DNA of 64,000 nucleotides from Hormiphora californensis. Taxonomy: Eukaryota > Animalia > Ctenophora. The notes beneath the pieces were generated by a model. That model worked only from the letters and a program-made list of their open reading frames with translations. It was not told the DNA's origin and did no database searches. The stretch spans positions 5,022,001 to 5,086,000 of the forward strand of contig CM035355.1 of the NCBI GenBank assembly GCA_020137815.1, in the 5' to 3' direction. Of this stretch, positions 1-52,072 are shown piece after piece (position 1 is the stretch's first letter; every line of letters begins with the position of its first letter). Made by a program: the position numbers and the translations under genes.

Positions 1-393
1 ATCTATGGTTATGGTTTTATGGTTATGGTTTATGGTTATGGTTTTTTTTTCATCTGGTATTAAGGGCCTGTCGGCTCGGCCCCGTTGTTTTAGTGTTAGG
101 GGGGATGTTTTAGGGGGGATGGGTTGAGTTTGGGTTATATTCGGGTCGGGGGGCCTTGCCAGGCCCCGAATAATCAGGCTTGAGTATAATTGCAGGCTCG
201 AGTTCAGATTATATACCGGGCAATTCCAAATAATTTGACAAAAAACAAATAGAGCAGAAAGCTATTCGCCGTTGAAAATTGTGTATCATGCCAGTGACTG
301 TATAATATGTTTGAATTCAGAAGAACGTTAAGCAAGACTGATGGACTCTCTAGACCAAACCGATATTGCCTCAAAAAGATTTAACTAAAGTAT

Positions 394-1706
394 TAATCTA
401 TTGAATTCTTGCCATGACCTCATATTTTTGGGGGGCAAGCTAATTCCTTCACTAAATGTTAGCCAGGGACCTCCTAAGCCACCAAAAAAAAGTTCTAAGC
501 TCTACCCGTTGGGGGGAGGTCATTTCCGGGCCACGCCCTTTTAAGCCAAAAGCGTAACTACCGTTAGGAAAGGAGTGGAGACAAAATTAAGGGCATCAAA
601 GTGTTCAGCGTCTTCGCATTAGTGGGGGTAGGTGCCGGAATTAAGTCTCTATCTCATCTGGTTAATTAGATAATTGGATAATTAGGTATGCGCATAGCCG
701 TTTGCTGGCCATATGGCTATAGCCATGTTAGGAAAGGAGTAGAGACAAAATCAAGGGCATTAAAATGTGTAGCGTCCTCGCATTAGTGGGGGTAGGTGCC
801 GGAATTAAGTCTCTATCTCATTTGGTTAATTAGATAATTGGATAATTAGATCTGCGCATAGCCGTTTTTGGCCATACGGCTATAGCCACTTAGGAATGAT
901 TTAGAGACTTTTCACTGGTGCCATTTTGTTCAGAAATAAATTTCAATCTAAGAGTTGTTGAAAAATTTAGGCTCTATCTCTTACCATTTTGGAGTTATTT
1001 GTGGTCAAAGTAGGCCAAATCAGCCGGAAATGCCAAAAAATGAAGAATACAATTGGCATTTTCGGCTGATTTGGCATACTTTGACCGCAAATAACGCCAA
1101 AACGGTAAGCGATTGAGCCTAAATTTTTCAACAACTCTTAGACTGAAATTTGTTTCTGAACAAAATGGCACCAGTGAAAAGTCTCTAAATCATTCCTAAG
1201 TGGCTGTAGCCATATAGCCAAAAAACGGTTATGTACAGACCTAATTATCCAATTATCTAATTAACCAGATGAGATAGAGACTTAATTTCGGCACCTACCC
1301 CCACTAATGCGAGGACGCTACACATTTTAATGCCCTTGATTTTGTCTCTACTCCTTTCCTAACATGGCTATAGCCATATGGCCAGCAAACGGCTATGCGC
1401 ATACCTAATTATCAAATTATCTAATTAACCAAATGAGATAGAGACTTAATTCCAGCGCCTACCCCCACTAATTCGAGGACGCTGAACACTTTGGTGCACT
1501 TGATTTTGTCTCTACTCCTTTCCTAACGGTAGTTACGCTTTTGGCATAAAAGGGCGTGGCCCGGAAATGACCTCCCCCCAACGGGTAGAGCTTAGAACTT
1601 TTTTTTGGTGGCTTAGGAGATCCCTGGCTAACATTTAGTGAAGGAATTAGCTTGCCCCCCAAAAATATGAGGTCAAGCCGTATTTTTACAAGAATTCAAT
1701 AGATTA
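394..1706. mobile_element. 1.3-kb foldback non-autonomous DNA transposon
   Basis: TAATCTATTGAATTCTTG...CAAGAATTCAATAGATTA; ~650-bp inverted arms centred near 1050, with internal direct repeats. Confidence 0.85.
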
Positions 1707-2430
1707 TATCGATTCTTAGAATTCAGAGAGAAATATAGGAAATACGAAAGATATTATATGATTCAAAGCGAGGAATTATCGAGAGAGGTATAGATATTAA
1801 AGACTAGAGAGCAAAGGAGAAAGCAAGAGACAAGGAGATATAGACAATATATCAGTATAATACATGGAATGAATAGGGAGGCTAATTGACCACTGCTCTC
1901 AATAGAGCATGCAACATAGTAGCAGACAGATCAATACAGTAACATGTTTGTGCAGAATCTTATTGCCAACAACAACCAAAGTGATGACACAAACAGATTG
2001 ATATATCGAGACCTCTTTAATGTATCTCTATCTTTCCGCCGATCTGTCATTACTCACTACTGCAGGTCTCGAGAAATCATCGCAGAGCTCTTTTTTGTGG
2101 ACATTCTTCCTCCCTAATTCTCCTTAATTTCGCCAACTCGTCTCCTTTGCTTCACCCGGTATTTTAGGGCAATTTTCATCTCATTTTACGAAGATGACCG
2201 AAGCTCATCCAAAATTGAAGTGATTATTTTCATTTTACAATTAACAGATCATCAATGAGATTATTTTATACTTTGAATGAAACAAGAAAAGCAACTGACA
2301 CTGTGATCAGGCCAATGATCTGACAGAACTGGCAACCATGGGGAGATATCGGAGAGAAGGGTAAGATGGAAAAGTGGAAAACAAAAATATGGAAACAAAA
2401 AGGGAACTGAGAGAGAGAGAGAGAAAGAAA

Positions 2431-2492
<62 letters not shown>

Positions 2493-3149
2493 ACATTACA
2501 AGTGTTTTATAACACGGAATAGCAGATGCAGGAGCACGTGTCACGGAAAACATGTCCACAGCAGCTCCCCCATATAACTGTTTTTTTGCTGATCGATCCG
2601 TGCTACAAGCGGCTAAACTGTCGCTGAGAAAACTGAACAGACGAAGCAGGAGAGAGAAAGAGACAGAGTGGGAAAGAGGAAACTGAGAGGGAGAGAGGCA
2701 GAGAGGGTGAGATATATAGAGAGCAATGAAAGAGAGAGAGAATGAGATCAAGACAGTGAGGGTGAGAGAAAAAAAGATAGAGAGTGAGACAGTGAGAGTG
2801 AGAGAAAAAAGATAGAAAAGAAGCTGAGAAGAAAGATAAATGATAAACATATGGGATGAAATATGGATTTATTTTCCATCCTTCTCTCCAATCTTTACAA
2901 CAAGATGTCAACCGGGCTAGCTCAAATAATTAGTGGAGGAATGATCTATGTAAATTAAACAAAAGTGATACAATATGTGTGTGATGACGACATAGCCCTT
3001 AATTCCTCATCAACTACCGGCAAAGTACCGGCCGTTAAACGGATCATTACACATAGCTCAATTTCATGGATTGATTACAAGGAGCGTTTAATTACAAAAG
3101 CGTTATAGCAGTGCCAATATATATCTAGATTAACAAGATGACAAAATTG

Positions 3150-3275
<126 letters not shown>

Positions 3276-4481
3276 ATTATATTGGGAAGCCGCAAAACCT
3301 AACACAAGGTGTATCCGCAACAAATCTAACAAGTTCAGACAGTCAGAAACGGAAGCGGTCTTTTAAAAAGATACTTTACAGATGTAGTACTCAAATATAA
3401 TGCCTGACAGAACTTATAACAAGTCTACAGCCAATTTGATGCAGTTCAAGATACATAAGGGCAGTGAATCAAATCAGTACCGGCTCTTTTGTAACAAAAT
3501 TTATACGGATTACAGTTAACAGAGTTGCTCCTTACTCAACTCAATATCTTATAAGTTATAATTTTCCTCAATCTCATCTCTATTTGATCAATATTGAATA
3601 ATATACCTTTAGCCGCATATTGGAGCGAGTAATGACAACTTCCAGATCTTCCGATGAGGTTAATCGTTATCCATAACTGAGCTATAACAGTTGAATATTT
3701 AATTATAGACAGAAAGATCCAATCACTATGATGATGTCCTCTGGTATTTGCAGACAAGATCTTTGTCTATCATCAATGCAATGGAATGTTTTTTAAATGG
3801 CTCATGATGCTATGAAGTGAGCACGTGAGGGGTCCAACCATGTGCTGGTCTGAGTGATCTGAACTGTTGAGACAGCTTTATGAGACAGCTTGAGGCAGCT
3901 TTATGAAGGAGCAGTTTGTTGGCATGTCTGTGTGGCTCTAGTCGCTACACGTTGCGCTTCGCATCCAGGGTCCGGGCGGGGAAATAATCCCAAGGAAGAC
4001 ACTAACTGTGTTAACTGTTGCTCTTCATTTATTATAAGGGTTGCTAAGGGGTTGTTCTTTGTTGTTTAACGGGTTGATAAGGGTAGTTAGAACAGTTGCA
4101 ACAAAGTGGACTTTATATATAACATGTACTACAACTGTTTACTGTGAACATGGGATTTGTCACCCAAATTGTATAATATTTGTAACTAAAATGGCAGCGT
4201 CCTCTCATTAAGGCCAATGACTTGTTACTCAACACCCAATGAGGCCAATATGAGGCCAATATGAGGCCAATATTATTTACAAATATTATATCAGACCCCG
4301 ATTTACCGGGCCCTTTCTCCCTAACGTCCCGGTGAATCGGGGTCTGACTATTAAAGTCCATTTTTTCAACATTGTGTCATTGGCCATGCAGAGAGGGCAA
4401 CACGAGAAGTAGTGGACATATGTTGTCCAGGAATAATGTTCTGCGAGATGGTTTATGCCACGTATGATGGTCCATTAATGC

Positions 4482-4488
4482 TATAAAA
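4482..4488 (+). promoter_or_regulatory. TATA box of the secreted-protein gene
   Basis: TATAAAA ~40 bp upstream of ATG 4525. Confidence 0.55.
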
Positions 4489-4524
4489 GAGCTCAGAGCG
4501 AGATGAATAACAGAACGCAGAAAG

Positions 4525-5736
4525 ATGAAGGTTGCATCTATTGTATTGGTTTCACTCCTAGTTACCTCGGTGTCAGGTAAGCTTGATGACCCCCCCCCCC
4601 CCCCGTCTCTCTCTCTCTCTATCTCTGGTGGTGCAAACCCGATCTGAGTGCACTGGTGCACTGCCGCTGTCAAAACGGGGTCTGGCATCCCCCCTAGTCC
4701 TCCTCTTTTCGCTGAATGTAATTTGCTTTAAATTCTGCTCATTTTCATCAGGTTCTGTTATTAGAATGTGCAAGTATCCTGATAGCTCCATGGATGGGTA
4801 CTCTAAAGCTACCAAGATTTTTAAAAGCCAGTTCTCGGCTATTTCATGGTGTCATGGTAGGGCCAGGGGTGATTGCAGGGGAATTACCCAGGAACTAAAT
4901 GGCGACATCACTCTGAGAACAGGACCTTCAATTTTGGTGGGAAACAGTCCAGGTAGATAATTGCTAGATTTATTACTGCGCTGGCAAGCGCAAAGGTAAA
5001 GGTGACCCCATTTACCCCCGAAACAAGTTCTATTGCATTATGTATTCAGGTTCGAGGCTTGGTTATAATGTAATGAAATATATACTTTATATCTTTGTTC
5101 CTTTTGATCACTTTCAAAATAAACCATTTCATCAGGCAAAACAACCTGGGTTGTGTGTGCAAGTGACACTTTGAATTACGCTGTCTACGACGACACCGCC
5201 ATTTATGGTGTCTGTAGTAAAAGGTACCCGTGGTCTGTTGTTGAGTTTGACGACTTGTTAAAAGCTTTGGATGCCTGTAATCCTAGCGATGACTGTAGAG
5301 GAGTAACCAAATCAAAGGGCAAATTCACTCTGAGGAAAGGACCTGCTGTTTTGGGTCAAAAAGGTAAACATGCACCCCCACCCAACAACCCATATTTTGT
5401 CCCACCCAACAACCCAAATTTTGTCCTACCCCTTACTCAACAACCCACATTTCTTCCCACCCCTTACTCAACAACCCACATTTCGTCCCACCCCTTACTC
5501 AACAACCCACATTTCTTCCCACCCCTTACTCAACAACCCACATTTTGTTCCATCCCTTACTCAACAACCCACATTTCGTCCCACCCCTTACTCAACAACC
5601 CACATTTCTTCCCACCCCTTACTCAACAACCCACATTTTGTTCCATCCCTTACTCAACATTGATGTGTTGTTTGTCGGGTGTAACAATTGTAACAATTGT
5701 TTATTTACAGGTGATAAGTCTTGGGTCAAGGCTTAG
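4525..5736 (+). CDS. Small secreted protein (168 aa) with two tandem PAN/apple-like repeats; exons 4525-4576, 4752-4952, 5136-5363, 5711-5736
   Basis: Signal peptide MKVASIVLVSLLVTSVSG; two copies of A...C...DCRG(I/V)T......TLR.GP..L...G..(T/S)WV; all introns GT-AG phase 1; TATA box upstream. The fold assignment is inference. Confidence 0.8.
5376..5658. repeat. Intronic ~30-bp minisatellite
   Basis: CCCACCCCTTACTCAACAACCCACATTT units. Confidence 0.92.
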
Positions 5737-6914
5737 CTCGCTAGTGGATTCGCACACGCAATAAGGATGCGGCATGAGACTCACTGAGAGTGAGAGGCTA
5801 AAGTGGGACTAACCATGCATCAATGCGTTGGAGTAAATATCTGGCCTCGCCAGACCCCGTTTTCATTTTCAGCTATTTAAGAATTATAGTCATGAACAGT
5901 TTTTGGAGAGATGAATGAACATAATTTAGTGTATTGTTAGTGTTAAAAATAAGTATTAAGTACATCTGTTGCAGGACTCAGATAGTATCTGATCTGTTTG
6001 ACATAAGCTGCAGGCCCGCCGTGCTGCATGAGGGGGCTGCAGCCCATTCCAACTGATCAGCTATCTGATAATTAATCCCGATAACGCCAAACAAAACTCT
6101 AACATGGTCGCTTGTAGTGGGAAAACGGTAATGGAAAACGGAGATACAGTATGAAGACTGAAGTTCCTAGCAATCTTAAGACTTGAACCCGGAAGCGTTG
6201 GAAAGATAATTTTAAGACCTTTTCAACGCAACCAAAATCAAGTCTTTATCTTATCAGGAACAGGAGATATGAGCGAAAACGTTTAGCACGCACAAATCGA
6301 CTTTTGTAAATGTGCAGCCCCCTGTCCCTTGATTAAAAAATTCGACTTAACGTGCTGAACACATGCACTTTTGCCGCGCGTTATACTTATGGGCAGCCCA
6401 AATTAAACCAATCTCGACCGCGAAAATCGATGAATTGTTAGCGATAGAAGGCACCCAAACTTTGCCCGAGAGGGAATCAGCGGAGCTGGGAGCACGGACA
6501 AATTTTAAGATTTTGTCAAAAAAAGTTCGCAAGTTCGCGTTTTGGCCAAAAATTTTCCAGTTGCACCACCACGCCCACTGATAAAATGAAATCCCCTTGC
6601 TCCTAGTCCTAACCCAACGGTCAACACCTCCAGGGTTCGTCACCACCCACACGGTGACGAAGGCTAGACCTTCGACTTTTCTTCTTCTTTTTTTTCTTCT
6701 TTTCGGAAATTCACGAACCCCAACACCGATTGGCATCACTTTCCAACAGGCGACCAGCCGACCAGCCATTTGGCAAACGCGGGATAAGGCAGCGCTTTTC
6801 AAACCAACAACGTAAAAAATAAAAAAACAATAAATTAATTAATTTCGGTGCCTTCTTCCTCGGTTCCTCAAGCTAGGGTCCTTTTCAATCCTCAGGTTAC
6901 CTAAACCAACCATA

Positions 6915-7202
6915 GGGATCCCTAAAAAAGTTCAGTATTTACACAGCGTTTACACAGTCTTTTCACAGTTGTTACACCCAGAGCGCCCGGGCCACTCTGG
7001 GTGTAAAGACTGCGTCTTTTGCACTCGGTTTGCAGCGTTTTTGGAAACTTCGCCGTGGCGCTTAATTTACTCAATTGTGAAGCACACAATCCAATATCTT
7101 CCTGAAAAAAGCCGCAAAACGCAGCACGCGCCGCTCTGGGTGTAACGACTGTGTAAAGACTGTGTAAACGCTGTGTAAATACTGAACTTTTTTAGGGATC
7201 CC
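6915..7202. mobile_element. MITE
   Basis: TA-GGGATCCCTAAAAAAGTTCAG...CTGAACTTTTTTAGGGATCCC-TA. Confidence 0.8.
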
Positions 7203-7207
7203 TATTC

Positions 7208-8547
7208 GGAAAACGTTAAAATCTGGGTGCCTTGCATTGCTAACAATTCATCGATTTTAGCGCGCACGACGGGTTAGGGCTGTTGTTATAGTGCGATTTT
7301 TAATAATGCGAACCGCTGACGCGCATTAATAATAACATAATTCCTTTTGTGCGTGCTAAATCTGGTTCCTGATAAGATAGAGACTTTTCATTGGTCGCAT
7401 TGGAAAGATACAGTTTTTGTCTTTTCAACGCAACCAGGATCAAGTCTTTATCTTATCAGGAGCCAGAGATATGATCGAAACAACCGACAAAAAACTTTCC
7501 CACACTGCGTGGGAATTTTTTGCGGTTCGCTTTATTAAAAATCGGACTTTAGGGTCGGGTTAGAGTTTGGTATGGGGTTATCGGTTAGGGCTATCGATTC
7601 TCTATCAGTTACCCGTTACCGTTTATGCGTGACTCATTAGCAGAGATGGCCAAGCACACAGGCATGACAGCGGTAGAAACAGAGAGACACATGCTCCCCG
7701 TCGGAGATTTTCCCCTTCCTCACACCGCAAATCACGCCCCGGATGCCCGCATGGATGTCTTCGGTCTTGGACTTTGGGGTAAGCTCCAAAAATCGTACAT
7801 TGATGTACGTATTTTCCATCCAGGAGCACCTTCGTACCGTTCGAAAACCTTGAAAAACCTCTACAAAGAACAAGAAGCCCAGAAAAAGAGGTCGTACGGG
7901 AGACGTGTGATTGAGATAGAAAAGGGAACTTTCTCCCCATTCGTACTGAGCACCTCAGGGGGTCTGGCTCCAGAAAGCAACAGGATCCTCAGAACACTAG
8001 CAGGAAAGATGGTGAAGGAGCATGGGAATACTTACCGTGAGGCAATAGAATATCTCAGACTCCGCATCCGGTTCGCAATCCTGAGAGTGTGTCTGATAGC
8101 ACTGCGAGGCACACGAGTGAAAGTCCATCATGCACCCATAAACAATGTGGACCTTAACCTCATTTGAACATTTGGTAGGGCTCCCCCTTTTTTTAGAATT
8201 TATATTTTGTACAGTGTGTAGGCGTGAAGATAGTTACCGTTTATACTCCATTTTTTTCAACTGTTCACCCCCCAAAGTCGTGCGCGGAATTGTTTTGCGC
8301 GTCTATCACATGTTAACGTGTAGCGCGCGCAGCGTAAATTAAAATATCGCATGCGCACGAGTTGGAGGGTGAACAGTTGAATAAAAATGGACTTTAGTTT
8401 ACTCAAATTGGCCATGTGGTTGCGTGGCTATAGCCGTTTGAAAAAAGTCGGTCTAAGTGCGTGTGTGTGTAAGTGGTTTTAGGTGTACTTTTTTGGCAGC
8501 GCGCACCTGTAAACACGCTGCAAGGCACCCAGATTATAATCGCGCCC
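7208..8547. mobile_element. Mutator-like MITE (9-bp TSD) interrupted by two TA-MITEs and the CRE fragment
   Basis: Same ends as the intact copy at 60741-61013; TSD TCCCTATTC at 7199, second copy split by the MITE at 8554-8672. Confidence 0.75.
7626..8232 (+). mobile_element. 3' fragment of a CRE-like non-LTR retrotransposon (restriction-like endonuclease)
   Basis: ORF 7625-8167 with ARMD..GLW...IDVRIFHP.A.SY..E..KKR.Y..GTFSPFVLSTSGG..LRG; flanked by direct repeat GTTACCGTTTA(T) at 7615 and 8233. Confidence 0.88.
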
Positions 8548-10964
8548 TCCCTAAAGTCCGTTTCAAGCGACTTGACCCGTAATTCTTGGAATTTGGCGCA
8601 TTGCGCGTGTATTTACAAAGGGCAAACCCTGAATTTCCAGGAATCTCAGGTCAAGTCGTTTGAAACGCACTTTATTCGGTCAGGGTCCAGTTAGAGATTT
8701 TGCGACTGACGTTAGTTACAATGAAGCAGGCCCCTGCTGACACTGCCGTGCGCGCTACTTTACATGCAATTCACATCGAAAACCCTGCTAGTCAACGAAG
8801 ATTTGGCGCGCACAGGGACTCTCCCAGCTTGCGCCAGTTGCAGACTGGAGGCTGGCGCCAGAAACTGGAGCCAGCCTCCAATCTGCAACTGGAGCGTCAC
8901 GTGACAAAACACGACACGTGACATTCTTTGCAAAAAAACAATGAATTCAATCAAACGCGCGCACTCATACACGCGCGCTAAACAATTGCATTGAACAAAA
9001 TAAATTTCTGCGCGTTCCATTAGAGGTTGGAGTGTCATCGCAGTTCATTTTCATTTTTTCTGGTGGTTGGTATCTGAATTTTTGAATTAATCACTGCCAA
9101 TGCCAATACCATGCTCTGGTGTGCGGTTCTCACACGCTTGTAGTTGTGCTCGGAGAATCTGAATAGGGTCCAGGTCTGGCAATGCCTTGGTCGCGTAGCG
9201 ACCAACCCCGTAGGGGTGTGAGGGGATCGCCCTACGGGCGCGCGAACATGGGGGGCGCGACGTGCCCAAGGCAATGCCAGTAGCATGGTGGCGCCCGACC
9301 CCGGCCCCTGATTTGATTCTCAGAGTCAGAATCTCAGATGGGGTCTGCGGCGCCAGAATGGGGGTCGGGTTCGGATCGCGGCGCCAGCATTTGAAGCAGT
9401 AACATTGCTACTAGCAAGGAGAGTGGTTAAAGGTCAGGCATCGCGCTGACAGCCTTTCTTCAATTCATACCAACTAGTAAGCCCGCTCGCCCTACGGGCG
9501 AATGTCGGGGATGGTCAATGGTCATACAGTAACCTAAGCAAATAGTGTAGTATCATTTGAAATTTTTAAAATCAGTAAATTTATCAGGTGAATTAACCAA
9601 AGGGATTCTTTTGACAGAAAAACCACGGGTCCTCTTTTGCCAGGTCCTGAAGTATTTTATGAAGGAGTACATTGGCAAAATACTTTCACGTATTACTGTC
9701 ATTTCTTGTTAGTGCCATTGATACTTTGTTATTACGTGTGTTGACAACATTTTTTGAATAATAATCACCTCTTTTGTAGGATTCGATCACGTAGTCTATA
9801 AGCGTCAGCGCCAGTTTGGGACATATGGGTCCTCCAAACTCGCTGGCGATTGTGTTGAAGTTGAGTAGTCATGTTCAAGAAACGTGGTGAACAGATCAAA
9901 TCGAGCAAACGATAAATCACACAACCGGCAGAGAGATGAATCAAGGATGCACGTGCAGTTTAAGGCTCAAGCTGGCAGGTTGCCAGGGTCCAGGGACAAC
10001 ACGTGCAAAAGGCCATTTCCAGGAATTTTGTGCCATATTTGGTTAAAAAAACGGGACATGGGATTTCCCTATTTGCTTTAATAATAGTATGATACAAATA
10101 AAACACGTCCCATTATTGCGTTGTCTTGAATATAATTAAAAAATCAAGAAAATAAACAATATGAATAATGAGAGATGTCTAGTTGGCCCAAGAGACCCTG
10201 ACTTACCCTGCTTAGCAGAGCTGAAGAAAGGGCAGCTCGGACAAACCAGACAATATTAGAATCAAATTCAAGGAAAAATGAGGATCAGATAATTTGACAT
10301 GGCATCACTGCATTAAAATAAAAGTTTCATATGTGATACAACTTGCTCCGTGGTTGGAATTATAAGACACTCTGACTCGGATACAATTAAAGGTTTGAAG
10401 AGAGCTATAACTTGATCGATAGACAAGAGCGCCGACCCACGATCTATTCAGATCTTGTTCGACTGCGAAGGTATGCTGCATGGTTGTCCATCAAGTTATA
10501 AGAATGCAAGACATCATCAGATATCAGTGCAGTGGCATCGGAGTGAAAGAGAAAAAAGGATCAGAAGTATAAAAAACATAAAATTACATAAATAAAGCGC
10601 CTGAAATAGCGCACACCGGACTGAGAGATGGCAATAACAACCATCTTCTTTTCTGTCTCTCTCTCAGCTTGATCCCCCATTCTAGATGGAGTTGTTATCT
10701 CAACCAAGATGAAGAGTGGTGAGATATAATTTAATCAAGAATAATCCCTTTCACACCCGGATATAGATTAACGGAACTGAGACAACTGCAAAAAATAACA
10801 AATTTGCACATGTAACGTAGTGCAGATCTTTCGATATTATATAAAAACGGTCCTCTCTTGTTTTGTACAAATTGATTTCTTTTCTGAAACAAAAATAACA
10901 CACTTGTAAACACACCAACTGTACGGTGTAATTGTAACGGACCCACTCCCCAACAATACTTAAA

Positions 10965-11070
10965 CCAGGAACCGACCGAAACAAGTAAACAACCAATCAG
11001 AACTCGTTATTTAGGTCACGTGACTGGTTATCAGCCAATCAGGGACCAGTATTTCCTGATTCGGTCGGTT
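10965..11070. repeat. ~110-bp interspersed TIR repeat (further copies at 23048-23139; degraded copies at ~36660-36750 and 37150-37253)
   Basis: CAGGAACCGACCGA...TCGGTCGGTT(CCTG) with internal CCAAT boxes and CACGTG. Confidence 0.8.
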
Positions 11071-11370
11071 AAACAGTCTTTTTCTTGAACGCGTTGTGTT
11101 CATAATATTTCTCACGTACACACATGGTACCCTAGTTTTCTGATCAAATAACACGCATTCTCTGTTTCTATTTACACTCGCGACCTTCAATGATGTTGTT
11201 GATAAGAGATCGGAGCACAAATATGACAGACAGATATATGACACACAAACACACACACTCCATGAGCAGCTTCTAGCTAGGTGAGGTGTGACACAGCTTG
11301 ATACACACGTCTAGAAGGAACAACAAGTCTCTCTCTCGCAATACAGCACTGCTGTGTATCACACACTCTA

Positions 11371-51935
<40,565 letters not shown>

Positions 51936-52072
51936 GGTGTATTAAAAGAGCAGTAGAGTTTGTTGTTGTTGATTATGAGCGGTAGTTAACTGTTGTCATA
52001 AAGAATCCATTCTGACACGATCTAGAGAATGAGGAATACTGGTTAGTGCACAAACAAGTATAAAACTTGATA

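Noticed and set aside
1-45. TTATGG repeats at the window start as a telomere
   Set aside because: Short, irregular and not TTAGGG.
3800-3856. Possible C/D-box snoRNA (ATGATGC...CTGA)
   Set aside because: Imperfect C box, minimal stem and no convincing rRNA guide.
5376-5658. CRISPR-like appearance of short repeats (also 19488-19912)
   Set aside because: Head-to-tail minisatellites without unique spacers; eukaryotic context; no cas genes.
9617-9868. Possible two small + strand exons (VLKYFMKE.. / FDHVVYKR..)
   Set aside because: No start, no recognisable homology, weak donor.
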